DNA of 64,000 nucleotides from Giardia intestinalis (Eukaryota): NCBI GenBank assembly GCA_000002435.2, contig CM018792.1; one strand, 5' to 3'. Shown piece by piece: positions 50,701 to 62,500 of this stretch (position 1 is its first letter; each line of letters starts with the position of its first letter). The notes under the pieces were generated by a model. It saw only the letters and a program-made list of their open reading frames with translations, ran no database searches and was not told where the DNA came from. The position numbers and the translations under genes were made by a program.

Positions 50701-52198
50701 GCACTGTATGCGTTCTAAGGGCCTCTTACTCAACGAGCAGGGCACAGACCCTGCGGTGCTACATCCAGACACAGGAAGGGTGGAGGCTGACTGCTAGAGA
50801 CAGTACGGGCCTGCACTGTCTGTCAGGCCAGTCGGATCCTCATGCGCTCTCCGGCCCCTCTGCTGGGCGCTGAGTCCTTGCTAACCTTAGTTACACACCG
50901 TCCGCGGAAGCACATGCGGCAGACCTCGCGGACATGCAGGTGTGCTCCGAAGTCTAGTAACCTGGGCACAGGATGCTGTGGCCATCTGGTTAGTATTACA
51001 GCTTCATCCTGGGCGCGTACAGGTGACCCAGATTGGCACGGGACGTACGGGAAACCGGTGGAAGCCATCTGGTGGCGGGATGCACCACAACCAGCCCCGT
51101 CACCCGATATAAGATACCTCCAGCTGGAAACAAAGTATTCTGTACTGATATGTGCTCGTTCAGAGGTGTGCCCTATTTATCACTTCCTGCTCGGGTAGTC
51201 GGGAGCTAGCTGTTTAGTGCATCTGCCTAAAGCTAAGTAAAGGCAATAGTGGGCACAACAGCCAAGAACGGCCAATCAGACAGCCACCGGACGCACCTCT
51301 TCGCTGTTATCATTGTCAAATCTGGAAGCAGCTGGTGCTTTATTGACACACTATGAGTGGCTGCCTGGTCCCAGCCTTCTCCCATGTTGCAGCACAATAC
51401 CCACACACCGCAAGGGGCGCATAAGTACTCGGTGCGTATGTTACAGGGCTTGTATGATCGTGGATGGCCGACATGAGGCTAATCTTTTTGCTTCAAGTAA
51501 CTTGGTTGGTGAAGGATATGGAGCTGTGGTCTTCAGGGATAGCCTCTGGTCCAGCATTGCGAGATCAGCCATAGATAAGCATGAGTATATCCAGTCACAC
51601 CACAGTGGAGCCCTTAGCCAAGGATGGCAAATGCTCAAGGCCCAACGTCCAAGAAAGATATACAAGTGATTGGTCCCTTTTTCTGAGAGCCCAGCATCCT
51701 CCCAGCAGGTCTGGAGGCCATGGTGCTCTTCATAAGGAAGGGTATAAGAGTCAGACGTAATTGCTGACTAGTCGCTGTTCTGAATGTGACTAGTAGGTAT
51801 GAGAGAATCAGGGTGGATCTAGTCAAGGAAGAGCGAGGAGATGCTATCAGAGGGAACGCAGGGAGACGTTAAACTGACGATCCTTAAGTGAGCGAGAGGC
51901 CGAGCTTAACACCACACAAACAGATAGAATCTTTGGAATGCACGTAGAAATGAGACAGCCTGTCTCTCCGGACGGGGATACAATGTGCTGGGATTGCAGC
52001 GATGGACTGCCATACAGGTTCCTCCGTCATGAAGGGCTACGGAGGAGCGCTGGTGTGGCGATTGACACTACTACTGGATGGAGTGCGCTGGAACATCCTA
52101 GAGAGGATCCTTGCGGGCTAATTGGCTGTTAAACATTCTTCTCCTGACGTCTCATGTTACTGAGTGAAGCACACAAGCAACACGTGAATCGAGCACCA
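47773..52198. other. 4.4-kb ORF-poor gene desert immediately upstream of the VSP gene.
   Basis: No ATG-initiated ORF longer than about 120 aa exists on either strand. No ORF shows codon periodicity or a recognisable domain. GC content is slightly above the window average. Confidence 0.6.
49466..49500. repeat. Tandem duplication of a 15-mer: 2.3 copies of ttaattcggaacgag.
   Basis: Read directly from the sequence: ttaattcggaacgag ttaattcggaacgag ttaag. Confidence 0.9.
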
Positions 52199-53356
52199 AT
52201 GTTACTACCAGCTCTCTGCTTTTTGATGAGCGGCCTCGCCGCGCAACGCACTAAACAACCCGCGCCCAGCTGCCAGGTCGACAACTGCGAGCAGTGTAAC
52301 GCCGACAATGTCCACTGCGACCGGTGCGTCCCCAGCGACGACACAAAGTGCGAGCGGTGCAACGAGGGCTTCACGGTCAGCGACGACAAGACGGTGTGCA
52401 ACCAGAGCCCTGCGCAGTGCAATACTCCCAACTGTAAGACCTGTGACAACCCCAAAACAGACAACGAAATCTGCACTAAATGTAATGATGGCGACTACCT
52501 CACCCCTACAAACCAATGCGTACCTGACTGCACAGCCATCAGCGGATACTACGGAGATACTGACAAGAAGTGTAAGGCATGCAACCCTGAGTGCGCTGAG
52601 TGCGTTGGACCGGCCAACAATCAGTGCACGGCCTGTCCTGTTGGGAAAATGCTTCAGTATACAGATACTAATACTCCTGTCAATGGGGGCACGTGCATGG
52701 ACCAGTGCAGCGTGAGTTCTACAAACGATGGATGCGCAGAGTGTGGGGCTCAGATAGGAGGAACTGCATATTGCTCAAAGTGCAAGAACACTCAACAAGC
52801 CCCCTTGAACGGCAACTGTGCGGCCAGTTCACGAGTAGCCTTCTGTGCAACAATCACAAGTGGGGCCTGTACAAAATGCAATGAGGGTTACTTCCTCAAG
52901 GACGGCGGCTGCTATCAGACAGATAGACAGCCTGGTAAGCAGGTGTGTAGTAATGCACAGGGAGGCAATGGTAAGTGTCAGACATGTGCCAATGGCTTAG
53001 CAGCAAGTGATGGCAACTGTGCAGAATGTCATTCTACTTGTGCTACGTGCTCGACTGCAGATGCGGCTGACAAGTGCAAGACCTGTGCCACTGGGTATTA
53101 CAAGGAAAACGGTGACGATACCACTGCTGGGTTATGCAAGAAGTGCTCAGAGAAGATCTCTGGATGCAAGCAATGTGTGTCGTCATCTGGCAGTTCAGTC
53201 ATATGCTTAGAATCAGAAGTAGGCACTGGTGGAAGCGTCAACAAGAGCGGCCTCAGCACGGGGGCCATAGCCGGTATCTCTGTTGCTGTGATTGTTATTG
53301 TAGGTGGTCTTGTCGGATTCCTTTGCTGGTGGTTCCTCTGCCGCGGGAAGGCGTAG
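52199..53356 (+). CDS. Variant-specific surface protein (VSP).
   Basis: A signal peptide MLLPALCFLMSGLAA is followed by about 25 CXXC motifs and a GGCY motif (KDGGCYQTD). The C-terminal TM helix and invariant tail are GAIAGISVAVIVIVGGLVGFLCWWFLCRGKA. An alternative upstream ATG exists at 52154. Confidence 0.9.
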   Translation: MLLPALCFLMSGLAAQRTKQPAPSCQVDNCEQCNADNVHCDRCVPSDDTKCERCNEGFTVSDDKTVCNQSPAQCNTPNCKTCDNPKTDNEICTKCNDGDYLTPTNQCVPDCTAISGYYGDTDKKCKACNPECAECVGPANNQCTACPVGKMLQYTDTNTPVNGGTCMDQCSVSSTNDGCAECGAQIGGTAYCSKCKNTQQAPLNGNCAASSRVAFCATITSGACTKCNEGYFLKDGGCYQTDRQPGKQVCSNAQGGNGKCQTCANGLAASDGNCAECHSTCATCSTADAADKCKTCATGYYKENGDDTTAGLCKKCSEKISGCKQCVSSSGSSVICLESEVGTGGSVNKSGLSTGAIAGISVAVIVIVGGLVGFLCWWFLCRGKA

Positions 53357-53376
53357 ACTTAGCTGTGTACTTAGGT

Positions 53377-53383
53377 AGTAAAC
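53377..53383 (+). promoter_or_regulatory. VSP polyadenylation signal AGTAAAC within a conserved VSP 3' element.
   Basis: The sequence TAGacttagctgtgtacttaggtAGTAAACgcgt shares the block ggcgtagactta...gtagtaaacgcgt with the VSP pseudogene 3' end at 59486-59510. Confidence 0.7.
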
Positions 53384-54158
53384 GCGTTACTTTATGTAGC
53401 TCGTGTAGATGTGCTGCTGGAGCTATCTGAGCGCGATCCAGAGATCATGCGGGTAATCCTCGCTCTTTCCTGGCCGTCCGGAAACGATGGCTGGTCGTGG
53501 ATAATGTAACGAGGAGCTCCTCTCCAGTGATGCATCCAGAGCCCTGCGCGGTCCCCGGTCGGCCTCCAGGATCCGGCCTGCTTAGGGCCATACGAGCCGC
53601 GAGTGTGCCTCTCCTTGGCCTGCCGCCAGGATGAATGAAACTCAGGTCGTCCCTGCACTTCTTGACCTCCTCGCTGTGGTATCCATGCAGTTGCTGGATG
53701 ACACCCACGCCCACCGCCTTGCGTTTGTGTCGGGCTCTGCTCTGCTCTGGCCGCCGGGCTGGCCTGATCTCCAGCTTGCGTTGCACTCCCCGAGACACGG
53801 AGGCACAGGTACCGACGATTGCACTGGGCCCCTGGTCGTCCCTCTGCACCGGTGGAGAGGAGCCCCTGCTTGCTGTCTACAACCGCCCTCGGACTGGCCA
53901 AGAGTCGAACACGAGCTTATCCCGAGGCCTCCGAATGCACCGGAGACGGGCTCCGATGGCACAGCACTCGATGCGATTCTTCCTGCTTGCACCCTAACTG
54001 AGGCCTGTGCACTGAGAGGCCGGTGGCACCCACCCGCTGGGGGCAGGCCACGATCTGGTGGTCCGGAAGGCGCTTGCAAGGGGCTGGGCGTCAGTCCAGG
54101 GGATGATCCGGGCCCTAAGCATTCACTCTCTATGAGCTGCGGCCCGCCAGCCGCAGAG

Positions 54159-56237
54159 CTAGAACTCGTCCACCGTCCCCATGAGCTCCACGTTCTCGGC
54201 CGCTGCCCTCTTCTTCGAGATCGGCTTCGATCCCCGCCGCCTCCGCAGGACGAGCCAGCATGTGAGGGCGACGGCCGCTATAATGAGAAGGGAGACAACG
54301 ACTGCCACGGTGACCGTCGTGGAGCCGGAGCTGGCCTTCCTGGTCTGAGAGACGCATGTGTCACCCCTGAGGGTGTACCCCTCCATGCATATGCAGAGAG
54401 AGCCGACTGATTCTGATCCGCTTGGACAGCCTGAGGCGCAGGATCTCTTGCTCGGCTGGACGTTGTGATTGCTGTCCGCACATGAGAGGCACTCGCCACT
54501 TGCGCTGCAGCTCGAGCACCCTGTGGCGTCTGATGGACAGGTGTTCTTAGCTATGCATGCGCCATCACTACTGGGCTCGAAGCCCTCTGCACAGACGCAC
54601 TTTCCATCCTCCTCTCTCTGATTCAGCTCCGTGCATGTGAGTGGGCACGAGAAACCATCGACGGAGACAAGTCCGGGGGAGCACCGTGTGCACACGAGGT
54701 TGTTATCCTTAGGGGTGCATGCTTGACAGCTTTCAATTCCACATGTGGCACACTGGAGCTCTTCTGGATCCGCATAGTATCCATCGCCACATTCAGATGC
54801 GTCGACACATGTAACCGTTCCAGAGTCGTCCACCTTGGTGTACTTTCCCGAAGAACACTTTGTGCAGTGGTCAGGACCTGAACCGTCACACTCCAGACAT
54901 GCTGAGTCGCACTGGATACAGCTATTGCTATTGTTATCAAAATAGGTACCTACGTTACATTTGCATACACACGTACCAGTTTCACAGCTACCAGATTCTG
55001 ATGCAGAACAAGAAGTGACACAAGAAGTGCCACTTACAGAGACATACTTATCATTCTTGCAGCTAGTGCACACAAGCTTATTGGACCCATCAGACTTGAT
55101 ACTACAGCTAGCGCAATCTTCAATAGCACCAGCTGTAGTACTATCACACCAGCTGCACGTCGAGTCCTTCGCAAAGAATCCTTGTGCTTCATTGCAAGTG
55201 GTGCATGTTCCGCCAGAGGCCTCTGTGCAGATAGTTCTCCCGAGGAGGTCGTTCGTGGTATAGCATCCGCCCTCATAGAAAAAGACTCTACGATCGGGGG
55301 ACGATCTATTACATGCTGTACACTTCCCAGCAGTACTGTCCTTATTGCAGGCCCCAAACTCGCTTGACAGTCTGCAGTTGCCATTGTGGGGAACTTCGTT
55401 GGGATTGACACACTGTTTGCAAGCAGAGTAACCACTGATATCCATTAGGTTGTCTGACGCACATATAGATGCGCCACTTCCCTCTTTGCTATAGCACCCA
55501 CCCTTATAGCAAACGTGAGTGGATGCACAGTGAGTGCAGTATCCGTTCTGGCAAACATGGGAGGTGGTATCTGCGCATGCATCATCGATTGGTGCTTTGG
55601 TTGGATCCACACACGATGTACACCGGACAGCAGTCTGTTTAGTATTATCACTTGTGGTGGAAGGAGATTCTAGGGAAATGCAAGACGAACATCCTGCTAT
55701 GCCTACTTTATCATTGAAACCAGCAGTGTCCCCGCACAGAATACATTTCTCCTGAGAATTCCTGTCGTTTGCAAAAACAAAACCGTGCGCAACCGCACAA
55801 GTATTGCAAACACCATCTGAAACAGTCTCACAGATGTGCGTACCTGGCCACTCATTTTTATTGTAACAACCTCCGTAGAATAAGAAATAGGTCGAGCCTC
55901 CTGCTTCACTAGCTTTGGTGCCACCAGTACACGATGTGCACCGTTGTGACGCGTCACTACCTGTAATTGATTCCGTAACACAAACAGTTGGATCAATAGA
56001 GGGATCAGCAGGGGAATCGTCTTTTCCTACACATGCACCATTGATAGGCACTTTTCCAGATAAGCATTCGGTGCACAACGTTGTCCTTGGCCCGAACATG
56101 ACGCACTTGTCTTGCACGCAGTTAGGCTTATAGCCTGTACAGGCAACGTAGTAGTCATTCTTGTACGGAGTAGAGCCATCGCCCGGCTGGGCCGCTAAGC
56201 CGATAACCGCTAGACCGAAGAGAAACAATACCGACAT
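54159..56237 (-). CDS. High-cysteine membrane protein (HCMP), VSP-like but with a non-CRGKA tail.
   Basis: The signal peptide MSVLFLFGLAVIGLAA starts at the ATG at 56237; the track start at 56288 is TTG. The product has about 690 aa, roughly 12% of them Cys, with many CXXC and CXC motifs and GGCY-like motifs. The C-terminal TM helix is VAVVVSLLIIAAVALTCWLVL, followed by a basic cytoplasmic tail RRRRGSKPISKKRAAAENVELMGTVDEF. Confidence 0.8.
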   Translation of the reverse strand: MSVLFLFGLAVIGLAAQPGDGSTPYKNDYYVACTGYKPNCVQDKCVMFGPRTTLCTECLSGKVPINGACVGKDDSPADPSIDPTVCVTESITGSDASQRCTSCTGGTKASEAGGSTYFLFYGGCYNKNEWPGTHICETVSDGVCNTCAVAHGFVFANDRNSQEKCILCGDTAGFNDKVGIAGCSSCISLESPSTTSDNTKQTAVRCTSCVDPTKAPIDDACADTTSHVCQNGYCTHCASTHVCYKGGCYSKEGSGASICASDNLMDISGYSACKQCVNPNEVPHNGNCRLSSEFGACNKDSTAGKCTACNRSSPDRRVFFYEGGCYTTNDLLGRTICTEASGGTCTTCNEAQGFFAKDSTCSWCDSTTAGAIEDCASCSIKSDGSNKLVCTSCKNDKYVSVSGTSCVTSCSASESGSCETGTCVCKCNVGTYFDNNSNSCIQCDSACLECDGSGPDHCTKCSSGKYTKVDDSGTVTCVDASECGDGYYADPEELQCATCGIESCQACTPKDNNLVCTRCSPGLVSVDGFSCPLTCTELNQREEDGKCVCAEGFEPSSDGACIAKNTCPSDATGCSSCSASGECLSCADSNHNVQPSKRSCASGCPSGSESVGSLCICMEGYTLRGDTCVSQTRKASSGSTTVTVAVVVSLLIIAAVALTCWLVLRRRRGSKPISKKRAAAENVELMGTVDEF

Positions 56238-57380
56238 CACTGAATTTTCCGGCGCACCTTTGCAACAGAACGAAAAGGTTTCTTGCAACCGAGTACATTA
56301 ACTGCTAGCGAATCCGTGTGCGCATACTGAGATTCCCGTGTCTGAAGCACAACGTGAAGGGCAACTAGCGGTACGATGAGATGACTCGTTGAGCCGGAGT
56401 CGCACTGGGCTCAGCTTGTAAATGGAACCACTCCATGGGAGCCTCCTGCGTCACGGACCTGTGCTGATCAGCGCGCCCCTGCTCTCCAGCCTGGTGCTGG
56501 ACGGGTGATGTGCCACACAGGCAGACCTGGAGGCAGAAGAGGAAGGGAGGGGCGGGGCATTTTAATTCGCAAAATTATTTCCGAGGTTAGCTTGCCAGCT
56601 GCTATCTGAACAGATCTTCCGTACGAGCCGCTGCCGCTTTAGACAGGTGGACCTCCCGCTTGCTTCTGGCAAGACCCAGAATCTGAGATCCAAATCCAGA
56701 ATCTGGAATTCGGATATCCTCGGATCCTGGTGGGAGAAGAGGGCCTCATGCCTCACTTCCTTCGGACATCGATGTGGTTCTTCCCAGGGCCTTCTAGGAT
56801 TTCTCTCTTTTCTAGCCAGCTCTTGGAGGCCGGCTGCTGCCTGGCACCTAGTGGGCACTCACTATCTTAGGGCCTTGCGTCAATCGCGACGGCAATCTGG
56901 CCTCGGAAGCAATCAGCTCTGGTCACGTAAGTAGTATATTATTGTCGTGGTGCTCAGTTTCCATTTTTTGCAAAAAACGTAAATTGGCCTCCGTGCCCAT
57001 GCAAGGCGCTAATCTGCCATTTTTTGCGAAAAGTACGGAGCCGGAATCGTGGGGTCCTTTTCTATTTTTTGAATCGTCTCCCGTCAGGCGTTGGACGGTA
57101 GGGACACCCGGACAGCCAGGCAGGAAGGGAGGAAGGAATGTATGGTGGTGTAGGGATAGCGTGAGGAAGGGGTGTGGGTGGGCATTCTCACGGGAGTGAG
57201 GCACGCCGGGCGGTATCGCGAGGCCGTCGGACTTTCTTGTGGGCATGCAGGGCGTCATGTAGTACGTCTGAGCCTCGGGCTTTACATTGAGAGCATTACT
57301 TAATGGGTCGACCCCGCGAAAGGGTGCCCCTCAAGTGCGTGTTGCTGCGTCCTACAGACCGCCATTGATCAGCAACCTCA

Positions 57381-59492
57381 ATGTTCGGTAGACTTTTACT
57401 TGCTAGCGCTGTCTTGCAGCTAACATGGGCTGCATGTGAAGCAAATGGATTAGGTGGTGCTGGGAGCTGCAAGACGTGCGGAGCCACCATTGGTGGCAGT
57501 GAATATTGCAGTGAATGCAATGATGGGGCCAACTATGCTCCCGTAGATGGGATCTGTGCGAATGCTGGGCAAACGCCAGCTAGTACGCTTTGTCCGTAAC
57601 ATAGCGCCGGAAAATGCACACAATGTGGAAGCACCTCCTTTAAATACAAGGACGGCTGCTACCAACCCAACGACGGAAAGCCGGGGCAGAGCTTTTGCCT
57701 TGTGGCTAGTGGCTGAGTATGCACCGAGGCTGCTCCTGGATACTTTATCCCCACGGAAGTGGTAAATACTGAGCAATCCGTGGTTGCATGTAGTTATACG
57801 ACCGGAGTAGCAATAACAGCTGGCGGAAACACATACAAGGGCATTGCTGACTGCGCAGAGTGCGGCGCCCCTGACGCAACAGCCGGCGCTGAGGCCGGCA
57901 AGGTTGCAACGTGTACCAAGTGTGGAGTCAGTAAGTATCTCAAGGATAACGTGTGCGTAGATAAAGCCCAATGTAATTCTGGTAGCACTAATAAGTTCGT
58001 TGCAGTTGATGATTCTGAGAATGGCAACAAGTGTGCTTCTTGCAGTGATAGCCCTAATGGCGGCGTTGCTAATGTGACACCTGCACCTATCACTAGCAAT
58101 CTAAGAAGATCAAATGTATCAAGTGTACTGGTAACAACTATCTGAAAACCACAGGCGAAGACACATCATGTGTACAAAAAGACCAATGCAAAGACGGCTT
58201 CTTCCCCAAGGATGACAGCACCGACGGAATTGCCAATTGCGCCATGTGTGCCTTAGTTACTAGTCAATCAGGGGCTGCCCTCATTACATGCACCACTTAT
58301 GTAGTAGGATACAAACTTAGTGCTGATGAAACTAAGTGTGAAGCAGCAAGTAATTGCAAGACGCCTGGATGCAAGACATGCAATAACGAGGGCAAAGAGA
58401 ACGAGGTCTGCACAGAGTATGCTAGTGGAAACTATCTCACCCGGCGAGCCAGTGCATAGACAGCTGCAACAAGGTTGGGAATTACTACGGAGCAACGGAA
58501 GGAGCAAAGCAAACTTGCAAGAAGTGTGCTGTGTCCAACTGTAAGGCCTGTGATAATCAGGGGCAATGTCAAATATGCAAAGACGGATTTTACAAAAATG
58601 GTGATGCCTGCTCTCCGTGTCACGAAAGCTGCAAGACATGCAGTGCAGGTACTGCTAATGACTGCACTGAATGTCCCACTGGAAGAGCACTTAAGTACGA
58701 AAGTGATGGAGTCAAAGGCACCTGTGGAACTGGATGCACAACAGGCCAAAGTAGTGGTGCCCGTAAAACATGTGGGCTAACCATTGATGGAGCTAGCTAT
58801 TGTTCAGAGTGCGCCGCGGGGACAGAATATCCTCAGAATGGGGTCTGTACCTCAGCAACTGCTCGTGCCGCAGCCACTTGTAAGACCGGAAATGTTGTCA
58901 AGGGCGCATGCAGCTCATGCACCAATGGGTTTCTTCGTATAAACGGGGACTGTTATGAAACGACCAAGTTCCCTGGGAAGAGTGTCTGCACAACAGCACC
59001 AGGCGCTGATACTTGCACTTTGATGGCTTCAGGTTATTATATTGACGGTAGTATTAACCTTGTGGTTTGCTCTGATGGCTGTGCAAAGTGCACTACTTCA
59101 AGCACTTGCACGACATGCAAAGATGGGTATGCAAAAATCGGAAGCAGCCAAACATGTACAAAGTGTGATTCTAGCTGTGAAACATGCAACGGGCAGCTAC
59201 AACGTGTAAGGTATGTGCGACAGGATACTACAAGACTGTATTGGGAGAAGGCGCGTGCACATTCTGCGAAGGTAATAGCAATGGGGTCACTGGTATCAAT
59301 GGCTGCGTGAGCTGCGCTCCCCCGTCTGGCAACACTGGCCCTGTCCTCTGCTATCTCATGAAGGATAGCAGGAACACAAACAAGAGCGGCCTCTCCACGG
59401 GGGCTATCGCAGGCATCGTCGTTGCTGTTGTCATCGTCGAGGGGCTCGTCGGGTTCCTCTGCCGGTGGTTCCTCTGTCGAAGCAAGGCGTAG
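57381..59492 (+). pseudogene. VSP pseudogene, disrupted by in-frame stops and at least three frameshifts.
   Basis: The VSP signal peptide and CXXC modules are split across ORFs 57381-57599 (frame 0, TAA stop), 57600-58145, 58244-58459 (frame 2), 58531-59310 (frame 1) and 59184-59492 (frame 0). The last piece ends with the VSP TM helix plus ...[12 protein letters not shown], where CRSKA replaces the canonical CRGKA. The conserved 3' element and AGTAAAC signal are retained. Confidence 0.75.
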
Positions 59493-59500
59493 ACTTAAGT

Positions 59501-59507
59501 AGTAAAC
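59501..59507 (+). promoter_or_regulatory. AGTAAAC polyadenylation signal of the VSP pseudogene.
   Basis: The sequence TAGacttaagtAGTAAACgcgt is homologous to the intact VSP 3' end. Confidence 0.6.
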
Positions 59508-62500
59508 GCGTCCCAGTGCCATCCTGCGCTCTGCGTCTGCCAGGCACGGCACGGCAGGTCTCGGCCAGTGCACCAAGCGTGTTGATGCGTATTGGTCAGC
59601 GGACTCTGCTACTGGAGCCTCCGGTCTGGGCGAGCACCGGCTCTCATGGCTGCCGATACGCAGGTGGATGCCCGGTCCTCAGCAACGCACCCTGCGTGTC
59701 CGCGGCTCCGCGAGTGACCGACAGTGCTGTGCAGAGGCCAGAACTGCGGACCCCGTGTGCTAAACATCGCCCCTCTGCAGCTGTGGGATTGGCTGGTTCT
59801 GACAAGTTATAGACAAAACAGGGCCCTGTCCATTGCATAACCACTCGCAGCACCTCCAGGTATAGCGTTGGCGGTGGTTCTGTGCTACCTCGCCGAGTTT
59901 CGTGGGTCGGAGGTCTTCAAGGACGTCCAGGCCCTTGCCCAGATCAACGAGCCCCGGGACGAGACCCTCGGGCTTGTGGCACGGAGAGACATGCCGGCTT
60001 CCTCGAAGGATCGACAGCAAGGACTCGGGCTAGTAAAGATTATCCTTCCCGTCCCCGTCCGCGGTTCATCATGTACCTGTACGTTCAGCGGGCCTTCCGA
60101 CTCAGAAGTGAAGCCGGTGAACTCTGTGGCGAAGGGCCCAGTACCGGGAGTGGCTGGCACCATGAGCGGCTGGCTGGCATGCAACTTAACCACGGACGCG
60201 GTGGAGATGGGCCAGGCCATCTGTTAGGAACAAGCGCCACGGGCTTCTTCTTCAGCTCGTGCGTCTCACTGATCCTGTAGGTGTCCAGCACGTAGGTGGC
60301 GAGAGAGTCGAGCAGTGCTCCAGAGAAGCCTCGAAGGGGTCATCATGGCAGACAAAAAGCTGCAGAAAGGCCAAGTCTCTGCATGCAGACGTAGTCCGAT
60401 TCACGAAGGACCTCGATGCTCGGCGAGGCACGCCGTCTGCAAAGCGCCCTGCCGTGCTTGCCAAGGCCGAGGAAGCAGAGGCTCTCAGCAAAGAGCTTAC
60501 TGTGGCCGAAGCAGGATCAGGACGCTGATTCCAGAGGCACAGCAGCCACACAAGCCATCCGGCACCGGTAGAGGCAGCAAGAAGCGCATTGCTCACGTCC
60601 TGTGCTACAACCCTCCGCACGAGTGGACCTGCAGGCCAGCCACCGCATCTCAGCAAGAGATCGGCCAGTGCCGCGAGCTAGCCTCTCCACGGCTTCCAGG
60701 CTCTATAGAACGCGCTGTCAATAGCGAGCTACGAGACATAGACAGTATGATCAAGCAATATGAAAAGTATCCTACCTTAGAAGATACCGCCTCCAACCGT
60801 GTATATCACGAACCGGCAAGTGGTCTAATATCAGGTGAGTCCGATAGACGGCATCTCCTAGATGCTCCTAGTGATGAGGACATCTCTGCGATCCTAGCAA
60901 TGTGACTGGTGGCGCACAATCCGCGACTACTCATTGCGGCGTGGTAAGAGACTAGTGTCTGCCCCCAAACTAGGACTACCAGACTGAGAAGACGCTAATC
61001 TAGCCATGATCACTCTCACTCTGAAGTCCTTAAGCCAGTGCTTGCTGACGCGTCGAATCGTTGCATCTGCATCCTCCACCTACTCTGGGCAAATCAGCGG
61101 CCAAGCTTCAGGAGGGCGTGCCCGAAGCCTGGACACGGCATGACTCCAGAAGAGCACGACGAGAGACAGACCGGCCTGGTCGAGCCGGGACGCTTCATGG
61201 CTACCGCGAGGCCGCGATGTAGGCCTGCAGTTCGTTCCACAACGACCTGCAGAAGGCTCTACGTGCCTGGCGCCAGTATCCGCAAGGCTCTGGCCTGCGT
61301 TATCGCTGTAGGCGGATCTTAGCGCCCTCCGAGAGCCACGATCTAAGCGACAAGCCGGATCTGCTCTCGAGAAGCGGCGGCGAGAGGAAGGCAGAGTGTC
61401 GTAAGCGTGCAATACGCCCTAACGGCTGCCAATGCCCGCGGCAAGCGCAAGCGCTTACAGAGCTCTTCTTCGCCAGGTCTAGGGTGGATCCATCTCCAGG
61501 CCGGAGTTTGCAAGGCAGCCAGCGCGTAGTTGCCGAGTTGTTTGGAGCAGTGAGACCTTACCCCTTTATTGCTATGCTCATGCGCACGACGGGCTGATCG
61601 CTGGGTCCACCGAGCCCTTCACTACACTTTCCGGTTTGCTAACAGAGCGTCTTGGCACTTCCTTCTAGCGGCTGTTCTTCCAGTAGCACAGACGCCATCA
61701 CCAAACAAGCTCCTCCTCAAAGTCAGCCCTGCCCGCCTACGTGCCACGCAGCTAAATTAAGAGGTGGGGGAGGCGAGTCGCGAGATCCGTCTCACTGTGG
61801 TGATAGCGCACACGGCAGAACGCAGTAACATGCTCTTCCTCCACTGACTTAGTTTGCTGTGGGCGCTTTAGCAGCAATCCGGCGGCTTCAGAGGCCTCCG
61901 TGCTGACTGGAACTGGGCGATGATGCGCACGGGAAAGCACTGGTCGGGCGGGCAATGCCGGCGACGCCTTAGTGGACCCGCACTGATTGCTGTCCACTCA
62001 TAGAGTTTGTGGAAATGGACTCGGTACAGCAAGTGTTAGCTTTGTAGTGAAAAGCGGAGAATGTACCTGCACAGCAACATGGCTAACAGAGTCCCACGCA
62101 TGCTACAGAGAGCGCTAGCAACGGTCCCGGCAGGCCCCCGTAGTCATCGAGGGCCATCCAGGCCTTGCTGTGGAGGAGACGCTGATCAGGGCAGTGAGGA
62201 GAACTCATGGGGCTTGCGGACCACAAACTGAAAGCTATCGCGGGACTCTCCCACCCCGGCGTTACCGCACCACCAGCTGACCAGGAGCAAAAGCCGCATA
62301 CGCATCATCGTGGCCCGCTACCACGGGGGTCTCTAGAGACTTATCACAGCCTGCAGGGGCCTCAAGCCTACCGGTACCCAGGACCAGGGACGGCCAGCCC
62401 GTCGCTCTTGCAGACTGGGGACTCTGCGAGCTGCCCTGCACAATGGAGGCGCCCCTACAAGAACGCCAGCCTACATGGCCCCAAGACCAGCGCCGCCTCG

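Noticed and set aside
53631-54410. A 259-aa plus-strand ORF overlapping the 3' end of the HCMP gene.
   Set aside because: It lies antisense to a well-supported cysteine-rich coding region, in GC-rich sequence. Its product is P/R/G-rich with no motifs, so it is most likely a spurious ORF.
60315-60905. A 196-aa plus-strand ORF whose C-terminal 60 aa look more protein-like (lower GC, mixed composition).
   Set aside because: The N-terminal two-thirds are R/G/C-rich noise. There is no AT-rich initiator and no recognisable domain. It is possibly a gene remnant, but not supportable as a feature.
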